In this document: in pieces, positions 18,528-28,976 of the stretch
How positions within the stretch are numbered: the stretch's first letter is position 1
How the letters are laid out: the number at the start of each line of letters is the position of its first letter
From: Gammaproteobacteria bacterium
GTDB taxonomy: Bacteria; Pseudomonadota; Gammaproteobacteria; Chromatiales; Chromatiaceae
Length of the DNA: 64,000 bases
Direction of reading: 5' to 3'
NCBI GenBank assembly: GCA_024275295.1
Contig: JAJRZI010000075.1
Span: forward strand, 10,903-74,902
The notes under the pieces: generated by a model
The model's database searches: none
Told to the model about the DNA's origin: nothing
What the model saw: the letters and a program-made list of their open reading frames with translations, nothing else
Position numbers and translations under genes: made by a program

Positions 18528-20110
18528 GTCGATTCGATTGGTTGCCCGATTTTCTGGCGAAGCTGGAGGATGCTTCCATAACTGCACCCTGTGGCCCCGC
18601 CTCTGGTGGCACCCCGGCCAGCTTGTTGGTGGTTGATGCGGCGGACTGGGGTCGGGTGGCTTCAGTGGCTATATCCTTCAACTGCCGCTTGGCCGGACTC
18701 TGGGGGGATCAGCGGGAGGGAAAAATTATGCTCTTCTGCTGCCTGGAGCGCCAGGGTGACTACCTGCTGCTGCGTACTGCCGTGCCTCTCTCCCACCCGG
18801 AACTGCCCTCGCACACGTTTTGGTTTCCGTCCGCTGACCGGCTGGAGCGCCATGCGCGGGATCTGTTGGGGGTAATCTTTACCCGTCATCCCGATTCCCG
18901 GCGCTGGACCCGTCATCGGGCCTGGCCCGAAACGGATTATCCACTGCGCAGCGATTTTCCTGCAGCGGGCAGAAGGACAACCAAGACCCCGCAGGATGAG
19001 GAGTACCCCTTTCTGCGCGCCAAGGGTACGGGGGTCTACGAGATCCCGGTGGGGCCAGTGCATGCCGGGATCATTGAGCCGGGGCATTTCCGTTTTCAGG
19101 CGGTGGGTGAGGAGGTGCTCAATCTGGAGGAGCGGCTGGGTTATCTGCACAAGGGGATCGAAAAGATCGCTGTGGGGCGTGATTCGGCGGGGTTGGCCCG
19201 GCTGGCCGGGCGGGTCTCCGGCGACTCCACCGTGGCCCATGCCTGGGCTGCCTGCCAGGCTATGGAGCGGGCCGCCGGGATCGAGCCACCGCCACGGGGG
19301 CTGGCGCTGCGTGCCCTGCTGGCGGAGCGGGAGCGCATCGCCAATCATCTGGGCGATATCGGTGCTATCTGCAACGATGTGGGTTTTGCCTTCGCACTCT
19401 ATCAGTTCTCTCGTCTGCGAGAGATCTGGCAGCGCCGCAGTGCCGAGCTGTTCGGCCATCGCCTGCTGATGGATCGGGTGGTGCCGGGTGGGGTCGGTGT
19501 TGATCTGGAGAGTAACGGGAGCCTAAGCCTGCGGGAGGATCACCGCCTGCTGCGCAAGGAGTTGAACGGCCTTTTCGATATTCTGGAGGATCATCCCTCA
19601 CTGGAGGATCGACTTTTGACAACCGGGCGGCTGACAGCAGAGAGTGCCCGCAGTCTGGGATCTCTTGGCTATGTGGGCAAGGCCTCCGGGCAAGGCTTTG
19701 ACGTGCGCCACAATAATCCCTATGCCCCCTATGATCGCATGGAGGTGGCGGTTCCGGTATTCGAAGAGGGGGATGTGGCGGCGCGTGTGCGGGTGCGCAT
19801 GGAGGAGGTTCGCATCTCCCTGGATCTGCTTGATTGTCTGCTTGCGGGGCTTCCGGCGGGGGAGGTGCGGCAGGAGATGCCGTCGCTGATCTCCAGTGCC
19901 GAAGGGGTGGGGTTCGTCGAGGGGTGGCGCGGTGAGATCATCACCTATGTGCGTTTTGACGGGGAAGGGCGGGTGGCCCGTTTCTTTCCTCGTGATCCGA
20001 GTTGGTTTACCTGGCCAGCGCTGGAGCGTATCGTGCTGGGCAATATCGTGCCTGACTTTCCGGTCTGCAATAAGTCGGTGAATGGTTCCTATTCGGGCCA
20101 TGATCTGTGA
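18524..20110 (+). CDS. HyfG/HycE-like large subunit (fused NuoC-NuoD type) lacking the Ni-Fe cysteine ligands
   Basis: 528 aa. VGPVHAGIIEPGHFRF matches group-4 large subunits. However, the RxCGxCxxxH motif reads RVSGDSTVAH (19211-19240) and the DPCxxC motif reads DFPVCNKS (20054-20077). Confidence 0.85.
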   Translation: MSRFDWLPDFLAKLEDASITAPCGPASGGTPASLLVVDAADWGRVASVAISFNCRLAGLWGDQREGKIMLFCCLERQGDYLLLRTAVPLSHPELPSHTFWFPSADRLERHARDLLGVIFTRHPDSRRWTRHRAWPETDYPLRSDFPAAGRRTTKTPQDEEYPFLRAKGTGVYEIPVGPVHAGIIEPGHFRFQAVGEEVLNLEERLGYLHKGIEKIAVGRDSAGLARLAGRVSGDSTVAHAWAACQAMERAAGIEPPPRGLALRALLAERERIANHLGDIGAICNDVGFAFALYQFSRLREIWQRRSAELFGHRLLMDRVVPGGVGVDLESNGSLSLREDHRLLRKELNGLFDILEDHPSLEDRLLTTGRLTAESARSLGSLGYVGKASGQGFDVRHNNPYAPYDRMEVAVPVFEEGDVAARVRVRMEEVRISLDLLDCLLAGLPAGEVRQEMPSLISSAEGVGFVEGWRGEIITYVRFDGEGRVARFFPRDPSWFTWPALERIVLGNIVPDFPVCNKSVNGSYSGHDL

Positions 20111-20119
20111 GCTGAATCC

Positions 20120-20644
20120 ATGCTGAGAGTCCTGAACAAGATCTTCCGCACCGGCGTCCTGACCGAGACCCCGCCGGTGATCAGTGAGTCCGAACTGGAA
20201 CGGTGCGGTATCGAGGTCAGGCGCCGGATTGATGCCCGCTTTGGCGGCAGTCTGGCGATCCGTCAGGTGGATGCCGGCTCCTGCAACGGCTGCGAACTGG
20301 AGATCCACGCCCTGAACAACCCCTATCATGATGTAGAGCGTTTTGGCATCCACTTTGTCGCCTCTCCCCGTCATGCCGATGCCCTGCTGGTTACCGGCCC
20401 GGTCTCCCGTCACATGGAGGCGGCGTTGCGTCGTGTCTATAATGCAACACCGGCGCCAAAGTTTGTGATCGCTGCCGGTGACTGCGCCTGTGACGGCGGT
20501 GAGTTCGGAATCTCGTATGCCAGTTGTGGTGCAGTGGAGAATGTCCTGCCGGTGGATGTGAAGATAGCGGGCTGTCCACCTGCCCCGCTGGATCTGCTGC
20601 GGGGGCTGCTTGCTGCCCTGGGCGAAGGTTCAGATCAATCCTGA
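20120..20644 (+). CDS. HyfI/HycG/NuoB-like small subunit (4Fe-4S cysteines retained)
   Basis: 174 aa. DAGSCNGCELE ... GDCACDGG ... GCPPAP. Confidence 0.85.
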   Translation: MLRVLNKIFRTGVLTETPPVISESELERCGIEVRRRIDARFGGSLAIRQVDAGSCNGCELEIHALNNPYHDVERFGIHFVASPRHADALLVTGPVSRHMEAALRRVYNATPAPKFVIAAGDCACDGGEFGISYASCGAVENVLPVDVKIAGCPPAPLDLLRGLLAALGEGSDQS

Positions 20645-20659
20645 CACGGAACTGATACG

Positions 20660-22117
20660 TTGCTGATAAGGAAAAACATTACAGCAGTGCTGCCTATTAT
20701 TGGCTTTCTGTGCATGGTTTTCAGTCCGACATTCCTGATTCCGGCGCTGCTGTCGCTCTACTATGGGGATGGGGAGTTTACCCATTTTATACTCAGTTTT
20801 GTCGCCGTATTTGTGCTGGGTTTGTTGCTATGGACGCCATCCCACGGACAGACGCTGCCACGGCGCAAGAAAGATGGCTTCCTTGTGGTGGTTCTATTCT
20901 GGATGGTGTTGAGCGTGGTGGGCGCCTCCCCTTTTCTGTTTGGCCTGCAACTCTCGCCGGTGGATGCCTGGTTCGAGTCTGTATCCGGTTTGACGACCAC
21001 CGGGGCCACCGTCATCTCTGGCCTGGATCTGCTGCCGCGTTCGATGCTCTTCTACCGTCAGGAGTTGCAGTGGTTTGGCGGCATGGGACTTATTGTGCTG
21101 GCGGTCGCGGTGCTGCCGTTGCTGGGTATTGGTGGTATGTCCATGTATCGGGCTGAGACACCGGGGCCGATGAAGGAGGATAAACTGGCTCCGCGTCTTG
21201 CCGGAAGCGCCCGCATTCTGTGGGTTATCTATGTGGGCCTGACATTAGCCTGTGCGCTGGCCTTCTGGGTGGCGGGGATGACGCCGTTCGATGCGGTGGC
21301 CCATAGTCTTAGCACCATCTCCACCGGAGGGTTTTCCACCCATGATGCGAGTTTTGCCTATTTTGACAGTGTGGCGGCGGAGAATGTTGCCACACTGTTT
21401 ATGATATTGGGTGCCATCAATTTCAGTATTCACTATCTGGTCTGGCACAATCGCCGCCCTGGAGATTATCTGCGGGATGCGGAGAGCCGCACCTTTCTTG
21501 TCCTGGTCGTGGCTGTGGTGCTGCTGGTCGCTGTGGCGCTGAAGCTGACGGGCTATCATGATGGTGTTCTGCAGGCCCTTGAGCAGGCCTCTTTTGAGGT
21601 GGTCTCCGTGGTGACCAGTACAGGCTACGGGATCGATGATTTCTCGGGCTGGCCGCTGTTTCTGCCGCTGTTGATGATCCTCATCAGTTTCATCGGGGGT
21701 TGTGGTGGCTCCACCGCCGGGGGGATGAAGGTGATGCGGGTGCTGGTGTTGGCCAAAATGGGTTACCGGGAGATTATCCGGTTGCCTCACCCTAAAGGCA
21801 TCTTCCCCGTCACGGTGGGCGGGCGGGTGCTGAAGGATGAGACACTGCAGGCAATCCGGGGCTTCTTTTCGCTCTATATCATGACCTTTGTTATCTTGAT
21901 GTTGCTGATGATGCTGGCGGGGCTGGACCAAATCTCGGCCTTCTCGGCCGTAGCGACCTGTATGAACAATCTGGGGCCAGGTCTGGGGACGGTAGCCCAG
22001 ACCTTCGGTGATGTCAGTGATATGGGTAAGCTGGTGGCGGTGGCTGCGATGCTGCTTGGACGGTTGGAGATATTTTCCGTGCTGGTTCTTTTTCATCCGG
22101 ATTTTTGGAGAGATTGA
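20660..22117 (+). CDS. trkH: TrkH-family potassium uptake protein
   Basis: 485 aa, polytopic, with repeated pore-loop segments (SGLTTTGATV, ISTGGFSTHD, TSTGYG, GGSTAGGMKV). TTG start 16 nt after the preceding gene. Confidence 0.9.
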   Translation: MLIRKNITAVLPIIGFLCMVFSPTFLIPALLSLYYGDGEFTHFILSFVAVFVLGLLLWTPSHGQTLPRRKKDGFLVVVLFWMVLSVVGASPFLFGLQLSPVDAWFESVSGLTTTGATVISGLDLLPRSMLFYRQELQWFGGMGLIVLAVAVLPLLGIGGMSMYRAETPGPMKEDKLAPRLAGSARILWVIYVGLTLACALAFWVAGMTPFDAVAHSLSTISTGGFSTHDASFAYFDSVAAENVATLFMILGAINFSIHYLVWHNRRPGDYLRDAESRTFLVLVVAVVLLVAVALKLTGYHDGVLQALEQASFEVVSVVTSTGYGIDDFSGWPLFLPLLMILISFIGGCGGSTAGGMKVMRVLVLAKMGYREIIRLPHPKGIFPVTVGGRVLKDETLQAIRGFFSLYIMTFVILMLLMMLAGLDQISAFSAVATCMNNLGPGLGTVAQTFGDVSDMGKLVAVAAMLLGRLEIFSVLVLFHPDFWRD

Positions 22118-22183
22118 TCAACTTGCGCGCTGTGCAGCGGTTTGTTGATCAGAAACTGTTTTGTTATTGCAATAGGATAAATT

Positions 22184-23608
22184 ATGAAAAGACCAAGTGC
22201 AGGTTTTACCTTCACACTGCGTATAAAGTTCCGCAACAAGGTAGGTATCATTGGTGAGGGGCTTTCAGCTATTGGGGCGGCAGGTGGTGATGTGGGTGCT
22301 GTCGATATCGTGGATGTGGAGAAGGGTTTTGTCATCCGTGATATTACCGTTCGGGCGCAGGATGAACAGCATTGTGACGAGATTGTCGCCCAGCTCAAAA
22401 AAAGTGACATCCTGGAGATCGTCCATGTCTCCGATATGACCTTTCTCATGCACCTTGGTGGCAAGATTGAGATCAGAAATAAAGCGCCATTAAAGACAAG
22501 GAGTGACCTCTCCATGGCTTATACGCACGGTGTGGCGAGGGTTTGCATGGCGATCCATGAGAATGAGGATGATGCCTACAATCTTACGATAAAGAAGAAC
22601 AGCGTCGCTGTACTCACCGATGGGTCTGCGGTATTGGGCCTGGGTGATATCGGCCCGCAGGCCGCTATGCCGGTGATGGAGGGGAAGGCGATGTTGTTCA
22701 AAGAGTTTGGTGGCATTGATGCCTATCCAATCTGCCTCGATACCCATGATGTGGATGAGATCGTGGCAACGGCGCGGGCAATCTCCCCCGGATTTGGCGG
22801 CATAAATCTGGAGGATATCTCTGCTCCAAGATGTTTTGAGATTGAGGAGCGGTTGAGAAAGAAGCTATCCATTCCTGTATTTCATGATGATCAGCATGGC
22901 ACGGCGATTGTTGTTATTGCCGCCTTGATGAATGCCTTGAAGATTGTCAATAAAGAGATTGGGGAGATCAAGATTGTTATCAGTGGCCTGGGTGCGGCAG
23001 GTATTGCCTGCGCCAAGATAATGATGGCGGCGGGGGCAAAAAATATCATCGGCTGTGACAGAAATGGTGCCCTTTACCGGGGCAGGAGTGAAGGGCTGAA
23101 CAGTATAAAAAGATGGTTCGCCGATAACAGTAATCCTGAGAACAAAAAAGGTTCACTCAAGGAGGTTATTAAGGGGGCGGACTTTTTCCTTGGTGTATCT
23201 GCTCCGGGCCTGTTGGGTAGAAATGATATAAAAAATATGGCGCCTGACGCCATCGTCTTTTCCCTGGCAAATCCAGACCCCGAAGTCGTACCGGAGGAGA
23301 TTGAGGGTATTGCCCGTATCGTGGCGACTGGCCGGTCTGACTATTTGAATCAGATAAATAATGTACTCTGTTTCCCTGGAATATTCAGGGGTGCCCTGGA
23401 TTGCCGGGCCAAAGAGATCAATATGGAGATGAATGTGGCGGCTGCCGAGGCGATTGCTGCCATTATACCGGATAGTGAGCTGAGCGAAGAGTACATCATT
23501 CCGAGCGTATTCAATAAGAAGGTGGCGCCTGCGGTTGCCTCCGCTGTTGTCGATGCGGCTATAAAAAGTGGTGTTGCAAGAAGCACGAAGGGGGTTGTTG
23601 AAGGTTAG
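22184..23608 (+). CDS. NAD(P)-dependent malic enzyme with N-terminal ACT-like domain
   Basis: 474 aa. [49 protein letters not shown] and GLGAAGIA are malic-enzyme motifs. Confidence 0.9.
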   Translation: MKRPSAGFTFTLRIKFRNKVGIIGEGLSAIGAAGGDVGAVDIVDVEKGFVIRDITVRAQDEQHCDEIVAQLKKSDILEIVHVSDMTFLMHLGGKIEIRNKAPLKTRSDLSMAYTHGVARVCMAIHENEDDAYNLTIKKNSVAVLTDGSAVLGLGDIGPQAAMPVMEGKAMLFKEFGGIDAYPICLDTHDVDEIVATARAISPGFGGINLEDISAPRCFEIEERLRKKLSIPVFHDDQHGTAIVVIAALMNALKIVNKEIGEIKIVISGLGAAGIACAKIMMAAGAKNIIGCDRNGALYRGRSEGLNSIKRWFADNSNPENKKGSLKEVIKGADFFLGVSAPGLLGRNDIKNMAPDAIVFSLANPDPEVVPEEIEGIARIVATGRSDYLNQINNVLCFPGIFRGALDCRAKEINMEMNVAAAEAIAAIIPDSELSEEYIIPSVFNKKVAPAVASAVVDAAIKSGVARSTKGVVEG

Positions 23609-23814
23609 TGTTAACCGACCCTAAAACAGCCTGGCTCTGTAAAAGCAGATGTCTATACCCGTCAGCTCAATTATAGTGTCAGTTTTTTTTACAGTTTAGC
23701 TGCTTCGTAATGAGTGGATATTCATAACGCCATGATATAAATGTGGTTTATTTTTCGGCTTAATAATTGCTTGACTCTATTCCTATGTTCAATTGGTAAA
23801 CCTGATAGCAAAAA

Positions 23815-25653
23815 ATGGCTCAGGGGATAGGGGGGATCATGAAAAACAGTCAGATTATTTCAAGTCACTTGGTTGTGGGAGTGGCCTCGTTGATGCTACT
23901 GCTTATGGCATCACCCGGCTGGACGACACCTGTTGTCAAATGGGTTGGCAATGATGTTGACTGGGATGTTGCCAGTAACTGGGATACGAATGCCGTTCCG
24001 GCTGCAAATGATCAGGTGCTCTTTGATACGGATGGAGTGAGCAAGACAATTACCTACGCCAATGCAACGCCTCTGGCCAACCCCCTGTGGTCCGTCTCTG
24101 TACGTGGAAAAAACGGCGCCACAGCAACAATTAGGCAAAACAAGGATGCCCTGTATGCCAAGGATGAATACTTGGGAAGCGCCTGGATCTGGCCCTCCCC
24201 TGCTGCCAATCTTCCCCCCACCCATCCGGTTGGGCGACATGAACAGGATGGTGGCAGCAACACCTTGGTCAATAGTCTGCACCTGGGATATCGGGAGAAC
24301 AGCCGGGGAGAGTACGCCCTGACCGGAGGGGAGCTCTCAGCCAGCATTGAATACATTGGCCAGAAAGGCGCAGGTGACTTTAAACAGACAGCGGGCTCCA
24401 ACAAGACAGGTTCGCTCATCCTGGGGGAGATATTCTCTTCATACGGGCGCGCGGAGGGGCGCTATGAGCTGGGTGGAACCGGTGTTCTGTCTGCCACTCA
24501 AATGGATGTGGGCTTTGCAGGTGATGGAACCATGATCCAGACGGGCGGCACCAACAGTGTCGTTCTCAATCTCAGGATTGGCTATGATGTCAGCTCGCAG
24601 GGTAGCTATGATCTGAGCGGCGGTCAGTTGACGACCACGGGTACGATAGTTGGTCAGAGGGGCACAGGTGATTTCAAACAATCTGCGGGCAGCACCCATA
24701 CCGTTAAAAACAGTCTGTCTGTGGGGCAGGCGGGTCAAGGCAGCTACACGCTCAATGGCGGTACATTGACGGCGCAGAAGGAATATCTCGGTGGCCAATC
24801 ACCCAATAGCCAGGGCACCTTCACCCAGAATGGCGGCACCAATACTGTAAAATATGATCTCTCCCTGGGTTATAACGCCACCAGCAAGGGTATCTATAAC
24901 ATGAACGGCGGGACGCTTGCCGCCAACTATCTTATTCTGGGTAATTCTCAGGGCACAGGTGAGGTGTTGCAGACCGGTGGTGATGTCAAAGTGACAGGGG
25001 TAAACCTTGCCAACTCATCTCTCTATACCATGCAGGGTGGAGCGCTGGAGGCGCAGCGGAATATTGTGGTAGGGAAAGAGAGTGCGTTTCACTATCAGGG
25101 TGGCAGTGCCAGAGCCAATGGAAAAATCCTTAACTACGGGCGAATCGACGGTACAGGCACCTTTACCACCCCTGAGTTCTATAATGTGGGGATGCTGGCT
25201 CCCGGTGCCTCCCCAGGGCAGATAGACATCTCCGGAAACTTCACCCAATACGCTGCGGCTACTCTGGCTATCGAGATTGCGGGTGCCCTCCAGGGGAGCG
25301 AGTATGACTTCCTGAACATTACCGGCACTGCGTCCCTGGGTGGGTTTCTGGATGTGGATTTGTTGGGTTTTAATCCCGTATCAGGCAGCGAGTTCAATAT
25401 TTTGCATGCGGCAGATGGCATCGTAACAGGCACCGTCTTCAATGATGTCATACTTCCGAGCCTGGTCAGTGGCTTGTACTGGGATCTGGTCTATGAATCC
25501 AATGATGTCATTCTTAAGGTTCTTGGGCAGGCAGATGGAACCGTCCCAGCGCCCACCCCGTTGCTGTTAATGCTGCCAGGGTTGCTTTTTACGCTTAGCC
25601 GCAGATGGGCAGGTCAAAACATCATGTCTAAGGTGGAGTGTAAAATTTTCTGA
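23815..25653 (+). CDS. secreted repeat protein with PEP-CTERM-like C-terminal sorting signal
   Basis: Signal peptide from Met9 (ATG 23839). At least five ~45-aa repeats of the form GG-x-L-(x)n-IG-x-x-G-x-G-x-F-x-Q-x-GG-x-N. C-terminus VPAPTPLLLMLPGLLFTLSRRW (VPxP + hydrophobic helix + RR). Confidence 0.7.
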   Translation: MAQGIGGIMKNSQIISSHLVVGVASLMLLLMASPGWTTPVVKWVGNDVDWDVASNWDTNAVPAANDQVLFDTDGVSKTITYANATPLANPLWSVSVRGKNGATATIRQNKDALYAKDEYLGSAWIWPSPAANLPPTHPVGRHEQDGGSNTLVNSLHLGYRENSRGEYALTGGELSASIEYIGQKGAGDFKQTAGSNKTGSLILGEIFSSYGRAEGRYELGGTGVLSATQMDVGFAGDGTMIQTGGTNSVVLNLRIGYDVSSQGSYDLSGGQLTTTGTIVGQRGTGDFKQSAGSTHTVKNSLSVGQAGQGSYTLNGGTLTAQKEYLGGQSPNSQGTFTQNGGTNTVKYDLSLGYNATSKGIYNMNGGTLAANYLILGNSQGTGEVLQTGGDVKVTGVNLANSSLYTMQGGALEAQRNIVVGKESAFHYQGGSARANGKILNYGRIDGTGTFTTPEFYNVGMLAPGASPGQIDISGNFTQYAAATLAIEIAGALQGSEYDFLNITGTASLGGFLDVDLLGFNPVSGSEFNILHAADGIVTGTVFNDVILPSLVSGLYWDLVYESNDVILKVLGQADGTVPAPTPLLLMLPGLLFTLSRRWAGQNIMSKVECKIF

Positions 25654-25676
25654 CAGCATTGGATTTGGTATCTTGT

Positions 25677-27682
25677 TTAATGCTTGAACCCCATCTCCTG
25701 CAGCTCTTTCAGCTGGTCTCTGACCTTTGCGGCCTCTTCAAATTCCAGGTCTCTGGCGTGGTGGTACATCTGATCTTCGAGCTGCTTGATGCGTCTGGCC
25801 ATCTGTTTGGTGAGAGTGCGGCATATTCAGCCATGGCTTCAGCCACCTGGGCATACTTTTTCGCGGTGGTGGGCGCACCTGGGCGTGCCCCTTCCATAAT
25901 GTCTGTGATGGCTTTTTTGATTGTCTTGGGTGTGATGTTGTGGGCTTTGTTATAGGCGACCTGTTTGACCCGGCGGCGTTCTGTTTCGTCGATAGCCCGT
26001 TGCATGGAGCCGGTGATCTTGTCGGCGTAGAGGATGGCTTTGCCATTGACGTTACGGGCGGCCCGGCCAATGGTCTGGATCAGTGAGCCTTCAGAGCGCA
26101 GAAATCCTTCCTTATCTGCATCCAAAATGGCAACCAGTGAGACCTCTGGCATATCCAACCCTTCACGCAGCAGATTGATGCCGACCAATACATCAAATTC
26201 GCCCAGGCGCAGGTCACGGATGATCTCGACCCGCTCAACGGTGTCGATATCTGAGTGCAGGTAGCGCACCCGAACGCCGTGTTCGGTGAGGTAGTCGGTC
26301 AGATCTTCGGCCATGCGCTTGGTCAGGGTGGTGACCAATACCCGTTCATTGAGTTTGCCGTGCAGGTTGATCTCAGAGAGCAGGTCGTCCACCTGGGTGG
26401 CAACGGGGCGGATCTCCAGCTCTGGATCAATCAGACCGGTGGGGCGCACGACCTGCTCTACCAGTGCGCCTGATTTTTCCAGTTCGTAGGCCCTGGGGGT
26501 GGCAGAGACATAGATGGTCTGAGGGGAGCGGGCTTCGAACTCCTCAAAGCGTAGGGGTCTGTTGTCCAGGGCGGAGGGGAGGCGGAAGCCATATTCGACC
26601 AGTGTCTCTTTGCGGGATCGATCACCACGGTACATGCCGCCAACCTGGGGGGTGGAGACGTGGCTTTCGTCAATTACCAGCAGGGCGTTGTCGGGCAGAT
26701 AGTCGAACAGGGTGGGCGGAGATTCGCCCGCCTTGCGCCCGGAGAGGTAGCGTGAGTAGTTCTCAATGCCGGAGCAGTAGCCCAGCTCGTTGATCATCTC
26801 AATATCAAACTGGGTGCGTTGCTCCAGGCGTTGGGCCTCGACCAGCTTGTTGTTGTCACGCAGTTGTTGCAGGCGTTCCTTCAGCTCTATTTTTATCTGG
26901 TCTACTGCTTTTAGCAGGGTCTCTCTGGGGGTGACGTAATGGGATTTTGGGTAGATGGTGTAGCGGGGTACCTTGCGCTGGATCTCTCCGGTGAGTGGGT
27001 CAAACAGAGAGATCGATTCAATCTCATCATCAAACAGCTCAATACGGACGGCTTCACTGTCGGATTCTGCCGGGTAGATGTCGATGACATCCCCGCGTAC
27101 ACGGTAGGTGGCACGATGGAGTTCGACCTCATTCCTGGTGTATTGCAGCTCTGCCAGCTTGCGCAGCAGGGCGCGTTGATCCAGGGTGTCGCCCCGTACC
27201 AGATGCAGTACCATGCTGAGATAGGCACGGGGATCGCCCAGGCCATAGATGCAGGAGACGGTTGCCACGATGATGGTGTCTGGTCGCTCTAATAGCGCTT
27301 TGGTAGCTGAGAGGCGCATCTGTTCGATGTGCTCATTGACTGAGGAGTCTTTGTCGATAAAGGTGTCAGAGGAGGGGACATAGGCCTCTGGCTGGTAATA
27401 GTCGTAATAGGAGACAAAGTACTCCACCGCATTGTGTGGGAAGAATGCCTTCATCTCGCCATAGAGCTGAGCGGCGAGGGGTTTGTTGTGAACCAGTACC
27501 AATGTAGGGCGCTGCACGGCCTGAATCACATTGGCAATGGTAAATGTCTTGCCTGAGCCGGTTACACCCAGTAGGGTTTGGCCTGCCTCTCCAGCATTGA
27601 CCCCGTCGATGAGTTGACGTATTGCTTCGGGCTGATCGCCAGCGGGTTCAAAATCAGCTTCTAATTGAAATTTTTTTTCCAT
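25677..27682 (-). CDS. uvrB: excinuclease ABC subunit B, with apparent -1 nt frameshift 11 kb... see evidence: frameshift near the 3' end (at the T3/A3 run 25806-25808)
   Basis: ORF 25709..27682 is UvrB through residue ~620. Its last ~35 residues are nonsense ([23 protein letters not shown]...). The adjacent frame encodes the canonical UVR domain [43 protein letters not shown], ending at TAA 25679-25677. Confidence 0.9.
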
Positions 27683-27765
27683 TGGGGGTTTCTGTCACCG
27701 TATCGGATTGGATATTATTACATCCTTCCACCCTTTAAATTTGATTTAACCATACTGGATTTACC

Positions 27766-28953
27766 ATGAGCATCAATCTTTCAGGACGTGTTAAGGCGGT
27801 CAAGCCATCCCCAACACTTGCAATCACGGCGCGTGCTGCTGAGATGCGGGCCGCAGGCAAGGATGTCATTGGGCTTGGCGCAGGCGAACCGGATTTCGAT
27901 ACGCCAGACCATATCAAAGAGGCTGCGATTCAGGCCATCAATGATGGTTTTACCAAATATACCGCAGTGGACGGAACAGCGGATCTAAAACAGGCTGTTA
28001 TCGATAAATTCAGACGTGATAATGGCTTGGAGTATGCGCCTGATCAAATCCTGGTCTCCTGTGGGGGCAAACAGAGCTTCTTCAATCTGGCTCAAGCGCT
28101 GCTGAATCCGGGTGATGAGGTGATCATTCCTGCCCCCTACTGGGTCTCCTACCCTGATATGGCTTTGCTGGCCGGTGGTGTGCCGGTGTTTATCAATGCC
28201 GATGCTGCTCAGCACTTCAAGATTACGGCTGCCCAATTGCGCGGCGCCATTACCGATAAGACCCGCCTGGTGGTCATCAATAGCCCATCAAATCCAACGG
28301 GTATGGCCTACACTCGGGCAGAGCTGGAGGAACTCGGCAAGGTGTTGATGGAGCATCCACGCATTGTTGTGGCTACGGATGATATGTATGAACATATCCG
28401 TTGGTCAGATGAACCCTTCGTTAATATCCTGAATGCCTGCCCGGCGCTGGCGCCACAAACACTGGTGCTGAATGGCGTCTCCAAGGCCTACTCGATGACC
28501 GGCTGGCGTATTGGCTATGCGGGTGGCCCGGCGGAGATCATCAAAGCGATGAAAAAGATTCAGTCCCAGAGCACCTCCAATCCTACCTCGATCTCTCAGG
28601 TGGCGGCTCAGGCGGCGCTGGAGGGTTCGCAGGCGTGTATTCAGGAGATGCTGGTCGCTTTTAAGGAGCGCCATGACTATGTGCTGGATCGATTGAATAA
28701 AATCCCTGGTATTGATTGCCTGCCTTCTGATGGCACCTTCTACCTCTTCCCTTGTATCAAAGGTGCATTGGCTGCGATCGATGGCGTCAGCACAGATGTC
28801 GAGTTGGCTGAATATCTGATTGAAAATGCAGGTGTGGCCGTGGTGCCGGGTTCTGCCTTTGGCTTGGGAGGTCACATGCGCCTCTCTATTGCCACCAGCC
28901 AGGAAAATCTCAAAAACGCGCTGGATCGTATCGAGAAAGCGTTAAGCAAGTAG
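27766..28953 (+). CDS. class I pyridoxal-phosphate aminotransferase (aspartate aminotransferase-like)
   Basis: 395 aa. GEPDFDTP, INSPSNPTG, and NGVSKAYSMTGWRIGY (PLP lysine). Confidence 0.9.
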   Translation: MSINLSGRVKAVKPSPTLAITARAAEMRAAGKDVIGLGAGEPDFDTPDHIKEAAIQAINDGFTKYTAVDGTADLKQAVIDKFRRDNGLEYAPDQILVSCGGKQSFFNLAQALLNPGDEVIIPAPYWVSYPDMALLAGGVPVFINADAAQHFKITAAQLRGAITDKTRLVVINSPSNPTGMAYTRAELEELGKVLMEHPRIVVATDDMYEHIRWSDEPFVNILNACPALAPQTLVLNGVSKAYSMTGWRIGYAGGPAEIIKAMKKIQSQSTSNPTSISQVAAQAALEGSQACIQEMLVAFKERHDYVLDRLNKIPGIDCLPSDGTFYLFPCIKGALAAIDGVSTDVELAEYLIENAGVAVVPGSAFGLGGHMRLSIATSQENLKNALDRIEKALSK

Positions 28954-28976
28954 CTGTAGTCCGTTATGGAAAAGCA

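Noticed and set aside
25659-25955. 98-aa plus-strand ORF at the 3' end of uvrB.
   Set aside because: It is the antisense of the UvrB C-terminal region. The real signal there is the uvrB frameshift.
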